A stretch of 64,000 bases of DNA from Eledone cirrhosa (taxonomy: Eukaryota), in NCBI GenBank assembly GCA_964016885.1, contig OZ024760.1:17608001-17672000 (forward strand), read 5' to 3'. Numbering within the stretch: position 1 is the stretch's first letter; the number at the start of each line of letters is the position of its first letter. Below the pieces are notes generated by a model, which was not told where the DNA came from, did not search any database, and was given only the letters and a program-made list of their open reading frames with translations. The position numbers were made by a program, and so were the translations under genes. Shown here in pieces: positions 1 to 11,390 of the stretch.

Positions 1-741
1 GCGGAGATAATTTGTAAAAAAAATCAGGGGGAGATAATTTGTAAAAAAATCAGGGGGAGATAATTTGTAAAAAAAAATCAGGGGTAGATAATTTGTAAAA
101 AAAAATAAGGGGGAGATAATTTGTAAAAAAAAATCAGGGGGAGATAATTTGTAAAAAAAATCAAGGGGAGATAATTTGTAAAAAAATCAAGGGGAGATAA
201 TTTCCAGCCGTCCAAGGGGAGATAATTTTCAGCCGTCCAAGGAGAGGTAATTTCAAGCCGTCCAAGGGGAGATAATTTCCAGCCGTCCAAGGGGAGATAA
301 TTTCCAGCCGTCCAAGGGGAGATAATTTTTTTTAAAAAATCAGGCGGAGATAATTTGTAAAAAAAATCAGGGGGAGATAATTTGTAAAAAAAATCAGGGG
401 GAGATAATTTGTAAAAAAAAATCAGGGGGAGATAATTTGTAAAAAAAATCAAGGGGAGATAATTTCCAGCCGTCCAAGGGGAGATAATTTTCAGCCGTCC
501 AAGGGGAGATAATTTCCCGCCAGCCAAGGGAAGATAATATTAAAAAAAATCAGGATGATAATTTGTAAAAAAAATCAGGGGGAGATAATTTGTAAAAAAA
601 TCAGGGGGAGATAATTTGTAAAAAAAATCAGGGGTAGATAATTTGTAAAAAAAAATCAAGGGGAGATAATTTGTAAAAAAAAATCAGGGGGAGATAATTT
701 GTAAAAAAAATCAAGGGGAGATAATTTGTAAAAAAAATCAA

Positions 742-1015
742 GGGGAGATAATTTCCAGCCGTCCAAGGGGAGATAATTTTCAGCCGTCCAAGGAGAGGTA
801 ATTTCAAGCCGTCCAAGGGGAGATAATTTCCAGCCGTCCAAGGGGAGATAATTTCCAGCCGTCCAAGGGGAGATAATTTCCAGCCGTCCAAGGGTAGATA
901 AAATCCAGCCGTCCAAGGAGACATATTTGCCAGCCGTCCAAGGAGAGGTAATTTCTAGCCGTCCAAAGGGAGATAAATTCCAGCCTCCAAGGGGAGATAA
1001 TTTCCAGCCAGCCAA
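742..1015 (+). repeat. Example long run of type B monomers (11 units; consensus GGGGAGATAATTTCCAGCCGTCCAA, 25 bp)
   Basis: 274 bp = 10 x 25 bp plus one 24-bp unit (CAGCCTCCAA). The same ordered run recurs, e.g. at ~1916-2189, 4720-4993 and 12136-12409. Confidence 0.95.
892..1015 (+). repeat. Diverged five-monomer B cassette that marks the ~1.1-kb higher-order repeat
   Basis: Fixed order: GGGTAGATAA(A/T)ATCC, GGAGACATATTT(G/T)CC, GGAGAGGTAATTTCTAG, AGGGAGATAAATTCCAGCCTCC, then CCAGCCAGCCAA. The GAGACATAT marker occurs about 56 times by hand count (918, 2092, 3268, 4896 ... 63725). Confidence 0.9.
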
Positions 1016-1179
1016 GGGGAGATAATTTGTAAAAAAATCAGGGGGAGATAATTTGTAAAAAAAATCAGGGGGAGATAATTTGTAAAAAAAAATCAGGGGG
1101 AGATAATTTGTAAAAAAAAATCAGGGGGAGATAATTTGTAAAAAAAAATCAGGGGGAGATAATTTGTAAAAAATATCAA
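1016..1179 (+). repeat. Example run of type A monomers, GGGGAGATAATTTGT(A)7-9TCA(G/A), 26-28 bp
   Basis: Six consecutive units with A-tracts of 7, 8, 9, 9 and 9, then AAAAAATA. The last unit ends TCAA just before the switch to type B. Confidence 0.95.
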
Positions 1180-4100
1180 GGGGAGATAATTTCCAGCCGT
1201 CCAAGGGGAGATAATTTTCAGCCGTCCAAGGGGAGATAATTTCCCGCCAGCCAAGGGAAGATAATATTTAAAAAAATCAGGGGGAGATAATTTGTAAAAA
1301 AAATCAAGGGGAGATAATTTGTAAAAAAAATCAAGGGGAGATAATTTCCAGCCGTCCAAGGGGAGATAATTTTCAGCCGTCCAAGGAGAGGTAATTTCAA
1401 GCCGTCCAAGGGGAGATAATTTCCAGCCGTCCAAGGGGAGATAATTTCCAGCCGTCCAAGGGGAGATAATTTTTTTAAAAAAATCAGTCGGAGATAATTT
1501 GTAAAAAAAATCAGGGGGAGATAATTTGTAAAGAAAAATCAGGGGGAGATAATTTGTAAAAAAAAATCAGGGGGAGATAATTTGTAAAAAAAAATCAGGG
1601 GGAGATAATTTGTAAAAAAAATCAAGGGGAGATAATTTCCAGCCGTCCAACGGGAGATAATTTTCAGCCGTCCAAGGGGAGATAATTTCCCGCCAGCCAA
1701 GGGGAGATAATATTTAAAAAAATCAGGCGAAGATAATTTGTAAAAAAAATCAGGGGGAGATAATTTGTAAAAAAATCAGGGGGAGATAATTTGTAAAAAA
1801 AAATCAGGGGTAGATAATTTGTAAAAAAAAATCAGGGGAGATAATTTGTAAAAAAAATCAGGGGGAGATAATTTGTAAAAAAAATCAAGGGGAGATAATT
1901 TGTAAAAAAAATCAAGGGGAGGTAATTTCCAGCCGTCCAAGGGGAGATAATTTTCAGCCGTCCAAGGAGAGGTAATTTCAAGCCGTCCAAGGGGAGATAA
2001 TTTCCAGCCGTCCAAGGGGAGATAATTTCCAGCCGTCCAAGGGGAGATAATTTCCAGCCGTCCAAGGGTAGATAATATCCAGCCGTCCAAGGAGACATAT
2101 TTGCCAGCCGTCCAAGGAGAGGTAATTTCTAGCCGTCCAAAGGGAGATAAATTCCAGCCTCCAAGGGGAGATAATTTCCAGCCAGCCAAGGGGAGATAAT
2201 TTGTAAAAAAATCAGGGGGAGATAATTTGTAAAAAAAATCAGGGGGAGATAATTTGTAAAAAAAAATCAGGGGGAGATAATTTGTAAAAAAAAATCAGGG
2301 GGAGATAATTTGTAAAAAAAATCAAGGGGAGATAATTTCCACCCGTCCAAGGGGAGATAATTTTCAGCCGTCCAAGGGGAGATAATTTCCCGCCAGCCAA
2401 GGGAAGATAATATTTAAAAAAATCAGGCGGAGATAATTTGTAAAAAAAATCAGGGGGAGATAATTTGTAAAAAAATCAGGGGAGATAATTTGTAAAAAAA
2501 AATCAGGGGTAGATAATTTGTAAAAAAAAATCAGGGGGAGATAATTTGTAAAAAAAAATCAGGGGGAGATAATTTGTCAAAAAAATCAAGGGGAGATAAT
2601 TTGTAAAAAAAATCAAGGGGAGATAATTTCCAGCCGTCCAAGGGAAGATAATTTTTAAAAAAATCAGGCGGAGATTGTAAAAAAAATCAGGGGGAGGTAA
2701 TTTGTAAAAAAAATCAGGGGGAGATAATTTGTAAAAAAAATCAGGGGTAGATAATTTGTAAAAAAAATCAGGGGGAGATAATTTGTAAAAAAAAATCAGG
2801 GGGAGATAATTTGTAAAAAAAATCAAGGGGAGATAATTTGCAGCCGTCCAAGGGGAGATAATTTTCAGCCGTCCAAGGAGAGGTAATTTCTAGCCGTCCA
2901 AGGGGAGATAATTTCCAGCCGTCCAAGGGGAGATAATTTCCAGCCGTCCAAGGGAAGATAATTTTTTTAAAAAAATCAGGCGGAGATAATTTGTAAAAAA
3001 AAAATCAGGGGGAGATAATTTGTAAAAAAAAATCAGGGGGAGATAATTTGTAAAAAAAAATCAGGGGGAGATAATTTGTAAAAAAAATCAAGGGGAGAAA
3101 ATTTCCAGCCGTCCAAGGGAAGATAATTTCCAGCCCTCCAAGGGGCTATAATTTCCAGCCGTCCAAGGGGAGGTAATATCTAGCCGTCCAAGGGGAGATA
3201 ATTTCCAGCCGTCCAAGGGGAGATAATTTCCAGCCGTTCAAGGGTAGATAATATCCAGCCGTCCAAGGAGACATATTTTCCAGCCGTCCAAGGAGAGGTA
3301 ATTTCTAGCCGTCCAAAGGGAGATAATTTCCAGCCGTCCAAGGGGAGATAATTTTCAGCCGTCCAAGGGGAGATAATTTCCCGCCAGCCAAGGGAAGATA
3401 ATATTTAAAAAAATCAGGGGGAGATAATTTGTAAAAAAAATCAGGGGGAGATAATTTGTAAAAAAATCAGGGGGAGATAATTTGTAAAAAAAAATCAGGG
3501 GTAGATAATTTGTAAAAAAAAATAAGGGGGAGATAATTTGTAAAAAAAAATCAGGGGGAGATAATTTGTAAAAAAAATCAAGGGGAGATAATTTGTAAAA
3601 AAAATCAAGGGGAGATAATTTCCAGCCGTCCAAGGGGAGATAATTTTCAGCCGTCCAAGGAGAGGTAATTTCAAGCCGTCCAAGGGGAGATAATTTCCAG
3701 CCGTCCAAGGGGAGATAATTTCCAGCCGTCCAAGGGGAGATAATTTTTTTTAAAAAATCAGGCGGAGATAATTTATAAAAAAAATCAGGGGGAGATAATT
3801 TGTAAAAAAAAATCAGGGGGAGATAATTTGTAAAAAAAAATCAGGGGGAGATAATTTGTAAAAAAAAATCAGGGGGAGATAATTTGTAAAAAAACTCAAG
3901 GGGAGATAATTTCCAGCCGTCCAACGGGAGATAATTTTCAGCCGTCCAAGGGGAGATAATTTCCCGCCAGCCAAGGGAAGATAATATTTAAAAAAATCAG
4001 GGGGAGATAATTTGTAAAAAAATCAGGGGGAGATAATTTGTAAAAAAAAATCAGGGGTAGATAATTTGTAAAAAAAAATAAGGGGGAGATAATTTGTAAA

Positions 4101-6869
4101 AAAAAATCAGGGGGAGATAATTTGTAAAAAAAATCAAGGGGAGATAATTTGTAAAAAAAATCAAGGGGAGATAATTTCCAGCCGTCCAAGGGGAGATAAT
4201 TTTCAGCCGTCCAAGGAGAGGTAATTTCAAGCCGTCCAAGGGGAGATAATTTCCCGCCAGCCAAGGGGAGATAATTTTTTTAAAAAAATCAGGCGGAGAT
4301 AATTTGTAAAAAAAATCAGGGGGAGATAATTTGTAAAAAAAAATCAGGGGGAGATAATTTGTAAAAAAAATCAGGGGGAGATAATTTGTAAAAAAAAATC
4401 AGGGGGAGATAATTTGTAAAAAAATCAAGGGGAGATAATTTCCAGCCGTCCAAGGGGAGATAATTTTCAGCCGTCCAAGGGGAGATAATTTCCCGCCAGC
4501 CAAGGGAAGATAATATTTAAAAAAATCAGGATGATAATTTGTAAAAAAAATCAGGGGGAGATAATTTGTAAAAAAATCAGGGGGAGATAATTTGTACAAA
4601 AAAATCAGGGGTAGATAATTTGTAAAAAAAAATCAGGGGGAGATAATTTGTAAAAAAAAATCAGGGGGAGATAATTTGTAAAAAAAAATCAAGGGGAGAT
4701 AATTTGTAAAATAAATCAAGGGGAGATAATTTCCAGCCGTCCAAGGGGAGATAATTTTCAGCCGTCCAAGGAGAGGTAATTTCAAGCCGTCCAAGGGGAG
4801 ATAATTTCCAGCCGTCCAAGGGGAGATAATTTCCAGCCGTCCAAGGGGAGATAATTTCCAGCCGTCCAAGGGTAGATAAAATCCAGCCGTCCAAGGAGAC
4901 ATATTTGCCAGCCGTCCAAGGAGAGGTAATTTCTAGCCGTCCAAAGGGAGATAAATTCCAGCCTCCAAGGGGAGATAATTTCCAGCCAGCCAAGGGGAGA
5001 TAATTTGTAAAAAAATCAGGGGGAGATAATTTGTAAAAAAAATCAGGGGGAGATAATTTGTAAAAAAAAATCAGGGGGAGATAATTTGTAAAAAAAAATC
5101 AGGGGGAGATAATTTGTAAAAAAAATCAGGAGGAGATAATTTGTAAAAAAAATCAAGGGGAGATAATTTCCAGCCGTCCAAGGGGAGATAATTTTCAGCC
5201 GTCCAAGGGGAGATAATTTCCCGCCAACCAAGGGAAGATAATATTTAAAAAAATCAGGGGGAGATAATTTGTAAAAAAAATCAAGGGGAGATAATTTGTA
5301 AAAAAAATCAAGGGGAGATAATTTCCAGCCGTCCAAGGGGAGATAATTTTCAGCCGTCCAAGGAGAGGTAATTTCAAGCCGTCCAAGGGGAGATAATTTC
5401 CAGCCGTCCAAGGGGAGATAATTTTAAAAAAAAATCAGTCGGAGATAATTTGTAAAAAAAATCAGGGGGAGATAATTTGTAAAAAAAAATCAGGGGGAGA
5501 TAATTTGTAAAAAAAAATCAGGGGGAGATAATTTGTAAAAAAAATCAAGGGGAGATAATTTCCAGCCGTCCAAGGGGAGATAATTTCCAGCCGTCCAAGG
5601 GTAGATAATATCCAGCCGTCCAAGGAGACATATTTGCCAGCCGTCCAAGGAGAGGTAATTTCTAGCCGTCCAAAGGGAGATAAATTCCAGCCTCCAAGGG
5701 GAGATAATTTCCAGCCAGCCAAGGGGAGATAATTTGTAAAAAAATCAGGGGAGATAATTTGTAAAAAAAAATTAGGGGTAGATAATTTGTAAAAAAAAAT
5801 CAGGGGGAGATAATTTGTAAAAAAAAATCAGGGGGAGATAATTTGTAAAAAAAATCAAGGGGAGATAATTTGTAAAAAAAATCAAGGGGAGATAATTTCC
5901 AGCCGTCCAAGGGAAGATAATTTTTAAAAAAATCAGGCGGAGATTGTAAAAAAAATCAGGGGGAGGTAATTTGTAAAAAAAATCAGCGGGAGATAATTTG
6001 TAAAATAAATCAGGGGTAGATAATTTGTAAAAAAAATCAGGGGGAGATAATTTGTAAAAAAAAATCAGGGGGAGATAATTTGTAAAAAAAATCAAGGGGA
6101 GATAATTTGCAGCCGTCCAAGGGGAGATAATTTTCAGCCGTTCAAGGAGAGGTAATTTCTAGCCGTCCAAGGGGAGATAATTTCCAGCCGTCCAAGGGGA
6201 GATAATTTCCAGCCGTCCAAGGGGAGATAATTTTCAGCCGTCCAAGGGGAGATAATTTCCCGCCAGCCAAGGGAAGATAATATTTAAAAAAATCAGGCGG
6301 AGATAATTTGTAAAAAAAATCAGGGGGAGATAATTTGTAAAAAAATCAGGGGAGATAATTTGTAAAAAAAAATCAGGGGTAGATAATTTGTAAAAAAAAA
6401 TCAGGGGGAGATAATTTGTAAAAAAAAATCAGGGGGAGATAATTTGTCAAAAAAATCAAGGGGAGATAATTTGTAAAAAAAATCAAGGGGAGATAATTTC
6501 CAGCCGTCCAAGGGAAGATAATTTTTAAAAAAATCAGGCGGAGATTGTAAAAAAAATCAGGGGGAGGTAATTTGTAAAAAAAATCAGGGGGAGATAATTT
6601 GTAAAAAAAATCAGGGGTAGATAATTTGTAAAAAAAATCAGGGGGAGATAGTTTGTAAAAAAAATCAAGGGGAGATAATTTGCAGCCGTCCAAGGGGAGA
6701 TAATTTTCAGCCGTTCAAGGAGAGGTAATTTCTAGCCGTCCAAGGGGAGATAATTTCCAGCCGTACAAGGGGAGATAATTTCCAGCCGTCCAAGGGAAGA
6801 TAATTTTTTTAAAAAAATCAGGCGGAGATAATTTGTAAAAAAAAAATCAGGGGTAGATAATTTGTAAAA

Positions 6870-9050
6870 AAAATCAGGGGGAGATAATTTGTAAAAAAAT
6901 CAGGGGGAGATAATTTGTAAAAAAAATCAGGGGTAGATAATTTGTAAAAAAAAATCAGGGGAGATAATTTGTAAAAAAAAATCAGGGGGAGATAATTTGT
7001 AAAAAAAATCAAGGGGAGATAATTTGTAAAAAAAATCAAGGGGAGATAATTTCCAGCCGTCCAAGGGGAGATAATTTTCAGCCGTCCAAGGAGAGGTAAT
7101 TTCAAGCCGTCCAAGGGGAGATAATTTCCAGCCGTCCAAGGGGAGATAATTTCCAGCCGTCCAAGGGGAGATAATTTCCAGCCGTCCAAGGGTAGATAAT
7201 ATCCAGCCGTCCAAGGAGACATATTTGCCAGCCGTCCAAGGAGAGGTAATTTCTAGCCGTCCAAAGGGAGATAAATTCCAGCCTCCAAGGGGAGATAATT
7301 TCCAGCCTGCCAAGGGGAGATAATTTGTAAAAAAATCAGGGGGAGATAATTTGTAAAAAAAATCAGGGGGAGATAATTTGTAAAAAAAAATCAGGGGGAG
7401 ATAATTTGTAAAAAAAATCAAGGGGAGATAATTTCCAGCCGTCCAAGGGGAGATAATTTTCAGCCGTCCAAGGGGAGATAATTTCCCGCCAGCCAAGGGA
7501 AGATAATATTTAAAAAAATCAGGGGGGATAATTTGTAAAAAAAATCAAGGGGAGATAATTTGTAAAAAAAATCAAGGGGAGATAATTTCCAGCCGTCCAA
7601 GGGGAGATAATTTTCAGCCGTCCAAGGAGAGGTAATTTCAAGCCGTCCAAGGGGAGATAATTTCCAGCCGTCCAAGGGGAGATAATTTCCAGCCGTCCAA
7701 GGGGAGATAATTTTTTTAAAAAAATCAGTCGGAGATAATTTGTAAAAAAAATCAGGGGGAGATAATTTGTAAAATAAAATCAGGGGGAGATAATTTGTAA
7801 AAAAAAATCAGGGGCAGATAATTTGTAAAAAAAAATCAGGGGGAGATAATTTCCAGCCGTCCAAGGGGAGATAATTTTCAGCCGTCCAAGGGGAGATAAT
7901 TTCCCGCCAGCCAAGGGGAGATAATATTTAAAAAAATCAGGCGGACATAATTTGTAAAAAAAATCAGGGGGAGATAATTTGTAAAAAAATCAGGGGGAGA
8001 TAATTTGTAAAAAAAATCAGGGGTAGATAATTTGTAAAAAAAAAATCAGGGGAGATAATTTGTAAAAAAAAATCAGGGGGAGATAATTTGTAAAAAAAAT
8101 CAAGGGGAGATAATTTGTAAAAAAAATCAAGGGGAGATAATTTCCAGCCGTCCAAGGGGAGATAATTTTCAGCCGTCCAAGGAGAGGTAATTTCAAGCCG
8201 TCCAAGGGGAGATAATTTCCAGCCGTCCAAGGGGAGATAATTTCCAGCCGTCCAAGGGGAGATAATTTCCAGCCGTCCAAGGGTAGATAATATCCAGCCG
8301 TCCAAGGAGACATATTTGCCAGCCGTCCAAGGAGAGGTAATTTCTAGCCGTCCAAAGGGAGATAAATTCCAGCCTCCAAGGGGAGATAATTTCCAGCCAG
8401 CCAAGGGGAGATAATTTGTAAAAAAATCAGGGGGAGATAATTTGTAAAAAAAATCAGGGGGAGATAATTTGTAAAAAAAAATCAGGGGGAGATAATTTGT
8501 AAAAAAAATCAAGGGGAGATAATTTCCAGCCGTCCAAGGGGAGATAATTTTCAGCCGTCCAAGGGGAGATAATTTCCCGCCAGCCAAGGGAAGATAATAT
8601 TTAAAAAAATCAGGGGGGATAATTTGTAAAAAAAATCAAGGGGAGATAATTTGTAAAAAAAATCAAGGGGAGATAATTTCCAGCCGTCCAAGGGGAGATA
8701 ATTTTCAGCCGTCCAAGGAGAGGTAATTTCAAGCCGTCCAAGGGGAGATAATTTCCCGCCGTCCAAGGGGAGATAATTTCCAGCCGTCCAAGGGGAGATA
8801 ATTTTTTTAAAAAAATCAGACGGAGATAATTTGTAAAAAAAATCAGGGGGAGATAATTTGTAAAAAAAAATCAGGGGGAGATAATTTGTAAAAAAAAATC
8901 AGGGGGAGATAATTTGTAAAAAAAAATCAGGGGGAGATAATTTGTAAAAAAAATCAAGGGGAGATAATTTCCAGCCGTCCAAGGGGAGATAATTTTCAGC
9001 CGTCCAAGGGGAGATAATTTCCCGCCAGCCAAGGGGAGATAATATTTAAA
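6870..9050 (+). repeat. Tandem duplication with a ~1.09-kb unit
   Basis: ORF offsets 7460/8551 (1091) and 6927/8017 (1090). The marker CAGGGGGGATAA lies at ~7520 and ~8611. Confidence 0.8.
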
Positions 9051-11390
9051 AAAATCAGGCGGAGATAATTTGTAAAAAAAATCAGGGGGAGATAATTTGT
9101 AAAAAAATCAGGGGGAGATAATTTGTAAAAAAAAATCAGGGGTAGATAATTTGTAAAAAAAAATCAGGGGAGATAATTTGTAAAAAAAAAATCAGGGGGA
9201 GATAATTTGTAAAAAAAATCAAGGGGAGATAATTTGTAAAAAAAATCAAGGGGAGATAATTTCCAGCCGTCCAAGGGGAGATAATTTTCAGCCGTCCAAG
9301 GAGAGGTAATTTCCAGCCGTCCAAGGGTAGATAATATCCAGCCGTCCAAGGAGACATATTTGCCAGCCGTCCAAGGAGAGGTAATTTCTAGCCGTCCAAA
9401 GGGAGATAAATTCCAGCCTCCAAGGGGAGATAATTTCCAGCCAGCCAAGGGGAGATAATTTGTAAAAAAATCAGGGGGAGATAATTTGTAAAAAAAATCA
9501 GGGGGAGATAATTTGTAAAAAAAAATCAGGGGGAGATAATTTGTAAAAAAAAATCAGGGGGAGATAATTTGTAAAAAAAAATCAGGGGGAGATAATTTGT
9601 AAAAAAAATCAAGGGGAGATAATTTCCACCCGTCCAAGGGGAGATAATTTTCAGCCGTCCAAGGGGAGATAATTTCCCGCCAGCCAAGGGAAGATAATAT
9701 TTAAAAAAATCAGGCGGAGATAATTTGTAAAAAAAATCAGGGGGAGATAATTTGTAAAAAAATCAGGGGAGATAATTTCCAGCCGTCCAAGGGGAGGTAA
9801 TATCTAGCCGTCCAAGGGGAGATAATTTCCAGCCGTGCAAGGGGAGATAATTTCCAGCCGTCCAAGTTTAGATAATATCCAGCCGTCCAAGGAGACATAT
9901 TTTCCAGCCGTCCAAGGAGAGGTAATTTCTAGCCGTCCAAAGGGAGATAAATTCCAGCCTCCAAGGGGAGATAATTTCCAGCCAGCCAAGGGGAGATAAT
10001 TTGTAAAAAGATCAGGGGGAGATAATTTGTAAAAAAAAATCAGGGGGAGATAATTTGTAAAAAAAAATCAGGGGGAGATAATTTGTAAAAAAAAATCAGG
10101 GGGAGATAATTTGTAAAAAAAAATCAGGGGGAGATAATTTGTAAAAAAAATCAAGGGGAGATAATTTCCAGCCGTCCAAGGGGAGATAATTTTCAGCCGT
10201 CCAAGGGGAGATAATTTCCCGCCAGCCAAGGGGAGATAATATTTAAAAAAATCAGGCGTAGATAATTTGTAAAAAAAAATCAGGGGGAGATAATTTGTAA
10301 AAAAATCAGGGGGAGATAATTTGTAAAAAAAAATCAGGGGTAGATAATTTGTAAAAAAAAATCAGGGGAGATAATTTGTAAAAAAAAATCAGGGGGAGAT
10401 AATTTGTAAAAAAAATCAAGGGTAGATAATTTGTAAAAAAAATCAAGTGGAGATAATTTCCAGCCGTCCAAGGGGAGATAATTTTCAGCCGTCCAAGGAG
10501 AGGTAATTTCCAGCCGTCCAAGGGTAGATAATATCCAGCCGTCCAAGGAGACATATTTGCCAGCCGTCCAAGGAGAGGTAATTTCCAGCCGTCCAAAGGG
10601 AGATAAATTCCAGCCTCCAAGGGGAGATAATTTCCAGCCAGCCAAGGGGAGATAATTTGTAAAAAAATCAGGGGGAGATAATTTGTAAAAAAAATCAGGG
10701 GGAGATAATTTGTAAAAAAAATCAGGGGGAGATAATTTGTAAAAAAAAATCAGGGGGAGATAATTTGTAAAAAAAATCAAGGGGAGATAATTTCCACCCG
10801 TCCAAGGGGAGATAATTTTCAGCCGTCCAAGGGGAGATAATTTCCCACCAGCCAAGGGTAGATAATATTTAAAAAAATCAGGCGGAGATAATTTGTAAAA
10901 AAAATCAGGGGGAGATAATTTGTAAAAAAATCAGGGGAGATAATTTCCAGCCGTCCAAGGGGAGGTAATATCTAGCCGTCCAAGGGGAGATAATTTCCAG
11001 CCGTGCAAGGGGAGATAATTTCCAGCCGTCCAAGTTTAGATAATATCCAGCCGTCCAAGGAGACATATTTTCCAGCCGTCCAAGGAGAGGTAATTTCTAG
11101 CCGTCCAAAGGGAGATAAATTCCAGCCTCCAAGGGGAGATAATTTCCAGCCAGCCAAGGGGAGATAATTTGTAAAAAGATCAGGGGGAGATAATTTGTAA
11201 AAAAAATCAGGGGGAGATAATTTGTAAAAAAAAATCAGGGGGAGATAATTTGTAAAAAAAAATCAGGGGGAGATAATTTGTAAAAAAACTCAAGGGGAGA
11301 TAATTTCCAGCCGTCCAAGGGGAGATAATTTTCAGCCGTCCAAGGGGAGATAATTTCCCGCCAGCCAAGGGAAGATAATATTTAAAAAAA
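8950..11390 (+). repeat. Tandem duplication with a ~1.17-1.2-kb unit
   Basis: ORF offsets 9804/10972 (1168) and 9136/10334 (1198). The markers CCGTGCAA, CAAGTTTAG and AAAAGATC occur in both units. Confidence 0.8.

Larger units (their letters stand above)
1..6870 (+). repeat. Multi-kb block, copy 1 (paralogues start at ~11395, ~25278 and ~41545)
   Basis: The same ORF-track series recurs at constant offsets: 78/11472/25355/41622, 628/12022/25905/42172 and 2503/13896/27564/44047. Shared rare markers include CAGGATGATAA, TTGTCAAAA and GGAGATTGT. Confidence 0.9.

Noticed and set aside
910-930. Mobile element ends or target-site duplications around the diverged cassettes
   Set aside because: Each cassette unit aligns to the 25-bp B consensus in register. 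There are no terminal inverted repeats or foreign sequence.
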